This document shows positions 58,984 to 64,000 of a DNA stretch of 64,000 nucleotides, piece after piece (position 1 is the stretch's first letter; every line of letters starts with the position of its first letter). The stretch lies in NCBI GenBank assembly GCA_038046385.1, contig JBBSWH010000001.1, positions 119,211 to 183,210 on the forward strand, given 5' to 3'. Source of the stretch: Nanobdellota archaeon (GTDB lineage: Archaea; Nanobdellota; Nanobdellia; Woesearchaeales; GW2011-AR4). Below the pieces are notes generated by a model. That model did not search any database. It saw only the letters and a list, made by a program, of their open reading frames with translations, and was not told the origin of the DNA. The position numbers and the translations under genes were made by a program.

Positions 58984-61900
58984 ACAAGCCAAAAAAAGTA
59001 TTAGTATTGGGAAGCGGATCATTGAAGATAGGGCAGGCAGGAGAGTTTGATTATAGCGGAAGCCAGTGCCTGAAAGCATTGAGGGAAGAAGGAATAGGCA
59101 CAGTTCTCATTAATCCAAACATTGCAACAATCCAGACAAGCGAGGGAATGGCCGACAAAATCTATTTTCTTCCTGTAACGCCTTATTTTGTTGAGGAAGT
59201 CATAAAAAAAGAAAACCCGGATGGAATAATGCTTTCATTTGGTGGACAGACTGCATTAAATTGCGGTGTTGACCTTTACGACGCAGGAATTTTTGAAAAA
59301 TACAAAATAAAAGTTCTTGGAACACAGGTCGATGCAATCAAGATGACAGAAGACAGGCAATTGTTTGCAGACGCACTTAAATCCATAGACTTGAAAACGC
59401 CGGAAAGCGAGACTTCAAAATCAGTTGAAGAAGCGTTGAAAATTGCCGAGCAACTAACGTATCCTGTAATGATAAGGGTTGCTTACGCGTTGGGAGGAGC
59501 AGGTTCTGGTGTATGCTGGACAAGAGAAGAGCTGGAAACAAGATCAAAAAGAGCATTTGCATATTCCACTCAGGTTCTTGTTGAAAAATATCTCGGTGGA
59601 TGGAAAGAAATAGAATATGAAGTTGTAAGGGACGCGTACGACAACTGCATTACAGTCTGCAACATGGAAAACTTTGACCCGATGGGAATCCATACTGGAG
59701 AATCAATTGTTGTTGCCCCGTCGCAAACTTTGACAAATTCAGAATATCACAAATTAAGGGAGATTGCAATAAAAGTAATAAGGCATCTTGGAATTGTTGG
59801 CGAGTGCAACATTCAGTATGCATTTGACCCGCATTCAGAGGATTACAGGATAATAGAAGTCAATGCGCGCCTTTCAAGAAGTTCTGCTCTTGCGTCAAAG
59901 GCAACAGGCTATCCGCTTGCTTTTGTTGCTGCAAAGCTCGCTTTAGGATATTCACTTGTTGAAATTGAAAATTCAATAACAAAAGTCACAAAGAGCTGCT
60001 TTGAGCCTGCTTTGGATTATATTGTTGTAAAAGTTCCAAGATGGGATCTGCAGAAATTCAAAGGAGTTAGTTTTGAAATCGGAAGCGAGATGAAAAGTGT
60101 AGGCGAAGTCATGTCAATAGGAAGAAAATTTGAGGAAGCGATACAAAAAGCAATAAGGATGCTGAACATTAATCTGCACGGGCTTGTTGCAAACAATTTC
60201 ACTTTTAATGATATTGACAAGGAATTAAAAAACCCGACTGACAAAAGACTGATTGTGATTCCTGAAGCAATCAAAAGAGGCTACTCAATTGATAAAATAC
60301 ACGAGTTTACAAAAATAGATAAATGGTTTTTGCACAAGATAAAAACTGTGGTGGAAACAGAAGCAGAATTGTCAAAGTACATCATAGAAAATGTTCCTCC
60401 GCAGCTGATAAAAAAAGCAAAACAGCAGGGATTCTCAGATTTCCAGCTTGCAAGATTAATGTTTAAGGATGCACAAGGCAATCTTGAAAACGAAATAACC
60501 CGGGTGAGGGAATTAAGAAAAAAGAACAAAATAATTCCGGTTGCAAAACAGATTGACACATTGGCTGCAGAGTATCCTGCAAAAACAAATTATCTTTATA
60601 TGACCTATAACGGAGATGATGATGATGTTTCTTTTGAAAATCACAAAAGCGCAATTGTTCTCGGCTCAGGTGCATACAGGATAGGCTCTTCTGTAGAGTT
60701 TGACTGGTGCTGCGTTAACTCTGTAGCTACCTTAAAGAAACAGGGATACCAGACAATCATGATAAACTACAATCCGGAAACCGTAAGCACAGATTATGAC
60801 ATATGCGACAGGCTTTACTTTGATGAATTAAGCCTTGAAAGAGTTCTTGATATTTATGAAAAAGAAAATCCAAGCGGGGTTGTGGTCTCAATGGGCGGCC
60901 AGATTCCAAATAATCTGGCAATGAGGCTGCACAGGAAGAATGTAAAAATACTTGGAACAGCGCCTGAAAGTATAGACAATGCAGAAGACAGGCATAAGTT
61001 TTCCTCGATGCTTGATATATTAAAGATAGACCAGCCGGAATGGGCAGAATCCAAATCAATAGACGAAGCTGAGAAGTTTGCCGACAAAGTAGGCTATCCT
61101 GTGCTGATAAGGCCTTCTTATGTATTAAGCGGAGCTGCAATGAGAGTTGCATCCAACAAGGAAGAGCTTGACCAGTATCTGAAGAAGGCAGCTGAAGTTT
61201 CAAAAGAGCATCCTGTTGTTATAAGCAAGTTCATAACGAATGCAAAAGAAATAGAAATTGATGCAGTTGCAAAAAACGGAGACATTGTGATATATGCAAT
61301 CTCAGAGCACATCGAAAATGCAGGCGTTCATTCAGGAGACGCCACAATGGTTTTGCCGCCGCAGTTCACTTATTTGCAGACAATCAAGAAAATAAAAAGC
61401 ATAGCAAAGAAAATTTCAAAGTCTTTGAACATAACCGGGCCTTTTAACATACAGTTCATTGCAAAAGAAAACCACATCAAAGTCATAGAATGCAATTTAA
61501 GGGCATCAAGAAGCTTCCCATTTGTTTCAAAAGTAACCAAGCACAATTTCATCGACATTGCAACAAAGGCAATGCTAGGAATGGAAGTCAAAAAAGAGTA
61601 TAATACAATGGATATTGATTATGTTGGAGTCAAGGCTCCTCAGTTTTCATTCTCCAGATTGCACGGCGCAGACCCCGTATTAAGCGTGGAGATGGCATCA
61701 ACAGGTGAAGTGGGCTGCCTGGGAAATGACCTGAATGAAGCATTTTTGAAATCGCTGCTGTCTGTTGGCTTCGTTATTCCAAAATCAAGCATTTTATTGT
61801 CAACAGGCCCGATAAAAAATAAAGCTTACCTTTTGGAAAGCATAAAAAAACTCGATAAAAGAGACTACAAGCTGTATGCCACTCCCGGAACAGCAAAGTT

Positions 61901-62183
61901 TTTGGAAGAAAACAAGGTAAAAGTTGAGACTCTTTACTGGCCAGATGAGCCAAAAGAGCCAAACGTTTTGACTTATATTCAGGAAAAGAAAATCGACCTT
62001 GTGATTAATATTCCAAAAACCCTTGAAAATCAGGAATTGGAAAATGATTATACTATAAGGAGAAAGGCAGTTGACTTCAATATTCCGCTTTTAACCAACG
62101 CCCAGATTGCAAAGCTCTTCATAGAGTCAATCTGCAAGAAAAAGATGGAAGAGCTGGAAATCAAGGCGTGGGACGAATATTAG
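58980..62183 (+). CDS. carB: Carbamoyl-phosphate synthase large subunit
   Basis: [11 protein letters not shown], two ATP-grasp halves and a C-terminal MGS domain. Confidence 0.98.
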   Translation: MNKPKKVLVLGSGSLKIGQAGEFDYSGSQCLKALREEGIGTVLINPNIATIQTSEGMADKIYFLPVTPYFVEEVIKKENPDGIMLSFGGQTALNCGVDLYDAGIFEKYKIKVLGTQVDAIKMTEDRQLFADALKSIDLKTPESETSKSVEEALKIAEQLTYPVMIRVAYALGGAGSGVCWTREELETRSKRAFAYSTQVLVEKYLGGWKEIEYEVVRDAYDNCITVCNMENFDPMGIHTGESIVVAPSQTLTNSEYHKLREIAIKVIRHLGIVGECNIQYAFDPHSEDYRIIEVNARLSRSSALASKATGYPLAFVAAKLALGYSLVEIENSITKVTKSCFEPALDYIVVKVPRWDLQKFKGVSFEIGSEMKSVGEVMSIGRKFEEAIQKAIRMLNINLHGLVANNFTFNDIDKELKNPTDKRLIVIPEAIKRGYSIDKIHEFTKIDKWFLHKIKTVVETEAELSKYIIENVPPQLIKKAKQQGFSDFQLARLMFKDAQGNLENEITRVRELRKKNKIIPVAKQIDTLAAEYPAKTNYLYMTYNGDDDDVSFENHKSAIVLGSGAYRIGSSVEFDWCCVNSVATLKKQGYQTIMINYNPETVSTDYDICDRLYFDELSLERVLDIYEKENPSGVVVSMGGQIPNNLAMRLHRKNVKILGTAPESIDNAEDRHKFSSMLDILKIDQPEWAESKSIDEAEKFADKVGYPVLIRPSYVLSGAAMRVASNKEELDQYLKKAAEVSKEHPVVISKFITNAKEIEIDAVAKNGDIVIYAISEHIENAGVHSGDATMVLPPQFTYLQTIKKIKSIAKKISKSLNITGPFNIQFIAKENHIKVIECNLRASRSFPFVSKVTKHNFIDIATKAMLGMEVKKEYNTMDIDYVGVKAPQFSFSRLHGADPVLSVEMASTGEVGCLGNDLNEAFLKSLLSVGFVIPKSSILLSTGPIKNKAYLLESIKKLDKRDYKLYATPGTAKFLEENKVKVETLYWPDEPKEPNVLTYIQEKKIDLVINIPKTLENQELENDYTIRRKAVDFNIPLLTNAQIAKLFIESICKKKMEELEIKAWDEY

Positions 62184-62185
62184 GA

Positions 62186-62605
62186 TTAACTTCTTTTAGT
62201 ACTTTGATAAAGTTCTCTTACTTGATCAATTAAAAGTCTTGTGTTGTATGGTTTTGTATGATGAAAATCAAAATCGACACCTTGAGTTAATCCCAAATCT
62301 CCTGTTGGAGAAATTCCAGAATCAGCAACAATTACCATTTTACATTTTTCTTTTATTCTTTTAACTAAATCAGACGACATGCTAAACTTATCTGACGTGC
62401 CAGAATTATTTATTACATTAAATGGGTCTACTATAACGACTTGGTATACTCCATTATTCAGTCCAGCTTCAACCAAAGAGAAGTTATTATTTGCATCAAC
62501 TAGGTTAGGAAATTCTCTTTCTAATTCTTCTAATTCAAATGTCGCTTGTGTAAGGTCATCAAGCATTAAAATTCTTTTGCCTTCTGCTTCAGTTACAGTT
62601 TTCAT
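62186..62605 (-). CDS. Divergent CheY-like receiver-domain protein (orphan)
   Basis: KRILMLDD...YQVVIVDP...DFHHTKPY; start ATG 62605. Confidence 0.6.
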   Translation of the reverse strand: MKTVTEAEGKRILMLDDLTQATFELEELEREFPNLVDANNNFSLVEAGLNNGVYQVVIVDPFNVINNSGTSDKFSMSSDLVKRIKEKCKMVIVADSGISPTGDLGLTQGVDFDFHHTKPYNTRLLIDQVRELYQSTKRS

Positions 62606-62725
62606 TAAGAATAGGGGATGTTTTTTATTTATAAATGTATCTCTTTTCACCACTTTAAAATAGCTAATAATTAGACTACACATTTAAATATAGCCTATTG
62701 GTTACTCGTCTAAAGGGTCTTTTAA

Positions 62726-63796
62726 TTGATATCTCATAAAAAATACATGGAGCTTGCGCTTAAGCTTGCTGAAAAAGGTCGTGGAACCACGAGCCCAAAC
62801 CCGATGGTGGGCTGCCTAATTGTCAAGCGCGGCAGGATTGTTGGAAAAGGATTCCACAAAAAAGCAGGCTGCGAGCATGCTGAAGTTCTTGCAATTGAGT
62901 CTGCAGGAAAGAAAACAGCGAATTCTACAATGTATGTAACTTTGGAGCCATGCTCTCACTGGGGAAAAACACCACCGTGCACTGAAAAGATTGTAGAAGC
63001 CGGTGTCAGAGAAGTAATCATAGGGATGAAAGACCCAAATCCGCTTGTTGAAGGTTTCAGAGAGCTGAAATTTCGCGGATTGAAGACAAAAATAGGAATT
63101 CTCGAAGAAGAAGCAAAGAAACTGAATGAAGCTTATATCAAATATATGAAGACAAAGAAGCCTTTTGTAATATTAAAAGTTGCAATGAGCCTTGACGGAA
63201 AAATTGCAACATCCAAAGGAGATTCAAAGTATATCACGAGCAAGGAAGCAAGGACTTATGTTCACGAGATAAGAAGCAGCGTTGATGCAGTAATGGTCGG
63301 CCTTAACACCGTTTTGAATGACAATCCTGAATTAACTGTGAGGCATGTTGAGGGGAAAGATCCATTGAAAATAGTTGTTGACAGCCAGCTTAAGATACCG
63401 AAAAACTGCAACCTGATGAAAGAGCCTTCAAAACTGATAATTGCCACAACAAACAAGGCATCAAAAAAAGAAATAATAAAATTCGAACAAAAGGGAGTCA
63501 GGATAATCATAACAAAAGCCAAGAAAGGGATGGTTGACCTAAACGATTTGATGAAGCAGTTGGGAAAGCACGAGATAATGAGCATAATGATGGAAGGGGG
63601 CTCCCAGCTGAACAGCTCTGCAATCAAAGATGGCATTGTTGACAAAGTAATAATATTCACGGCTCCAAAAATAATAGGAAATGGAATTGGTGCAATCGGA
63701 AACCTCGGAATTACAAAAATAAACAAAGCTATTCCACTAAAAGACCACACTTTCAGGAAGATAGGAAAAGATCTCCTTGTTGAAGGGTATCTATAG
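62726..63796 (+). CDS. ribD: Bifunctional riboflavin deaminase/reductase RibD
   Basis: PNPMVG, HAE, TLEPCSH.GKTPPC, SLDGKIA and EGG motifs. Confidence 0.96.
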   Translation: MISHKKYMELALKLAEKGRGTTSPNPMVGCLIVKRGRIVGKGFHKKAGCEHAEVLAIESAGKKTANSTMYVTLEPCSHWGKTPPCTEKIVEAGVREVIIGMKDPNPLVEGFRELKFRGLKTKIGILEEEAKKLNEAYIKYMKTKKPFVILKVAMSLDGKIATSKGDSKYITSKEARTYVHEIRSSVDAVMVGLNTVLNDNPELTVRHVEGKDPLKIVVDSQLKIPKNCNLMKEPSKLIIATTNKASKKEIIKFEQKGVRIIITKAKKGMVDLNDLMKQLGKHEIMSIMMEGGSQLNSSAIKDGIVDKVIIFTAPKIIGNGIGAIGNLGITKINKAIPLKDHTFRKIGKDLLVEGYL

Positions 63797-63807
63797 AAAA
63801 GGTAAAA

Positions 63808-63963
63808 TTGAAAATAAATAATGAAAAATTAAAAAAGGCAATATCTTTAGCCTCAATTATACTAATCACTTTTTTTGCTAACGAATGGTTTAGAGAAGCA
63901 TACAACCAACCTTCTGAGCTAGTAAAATGGGTAATGATTTTTGTATCATTAATGCGAGCGTAG
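63808..63963 (+). CDS. Small membrane protein, possibly truncated by a palindromic element
   Basis: TTG-start ORF MKINNEKLKKAISLASIILITFFANEWFREAYNQPSELVKWVMIFVSLMRA*; the stop is supplied by GCGAGCGTAG. Confidence 0.4.
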   Translation: MKINNEKLKKAISLASIILITFFANEWFREAYNQPSELVKWVMIFVSLMRA

Positions 63964-64000
63964 CGAGCACTGGGGTTTAATTCCCCGACCTTCAGGTCGT
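63954..64000. repeat. GC-rich hairpin element at the window edge (REP- or IS200/IS605-end-like)
   Basis: GCGAGCGTAGCGAGC, GGGG-TTTAATT-CCCC and CGACC-TTCA-GGTCG. Confidence 0.45.

Noticed and set aside
1-64000. Diversity-generating retroelement, integron or rRNA genes
   Set aside because: No reverse transcriptase, TR/VR pair with A-specific mismatches, tyrosine recombinase, attC-like array or rRNA-like stretch was seen. The mismatches in the purQ duplicate are not adenine-specific.

Overview
This is a 64-kb AT-rich archaeal chromosomal window, most likely from a DPANN archaeon such as Woesearchaeota. That assignment is an inference from rpl15e, thermosome, Dph6, NadM, RibL, a tRNA-Pro(GGG) with a BHB intron, and BRE/TATA promoters next to bacterial-type dnaK/dnaJ/grpE, ribA, glk and folC. 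The Lys-rich core covers chaperones, purL/Q/S/E/C, carAB, ribA/ribD, Rad50-like and DEAD-box genes. Single 'alien' genes with Lys-poor proteins are interleaved throughout: an ECF sigma-70-like protein, a divergent bacterial-type MetK, a GcvT-SHMT fusion, GlgC, a PPP phosphatase, an M29-like peptidase, receiver-like domains and many orphans. Five signals not explained by the ORF track stand out. (1) An AGTAGTTA-like box lies 11-13 nt upstream of the TATA box of about six alien genes. (2) Two single-gene cassettes are flanked by duplications of the neighbouring core gene's 3' end. (3) A ~53-bp fold-back repeat built from each locus's own BRE/TATA sequence occurs at three promoters. (4) A covarying two-hairpin motif plus a long G-poor A-rich spacer sits inside two operons. 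(5) There is a MITE with 16-bp TIRs and an 8-bp TSD. Several conserved-looking microproteins were missed by the ORF track. No CRISPR array, rRNA, transposase or integrase was seen. All product calls come from motif recognition by eye; no database searches were run.
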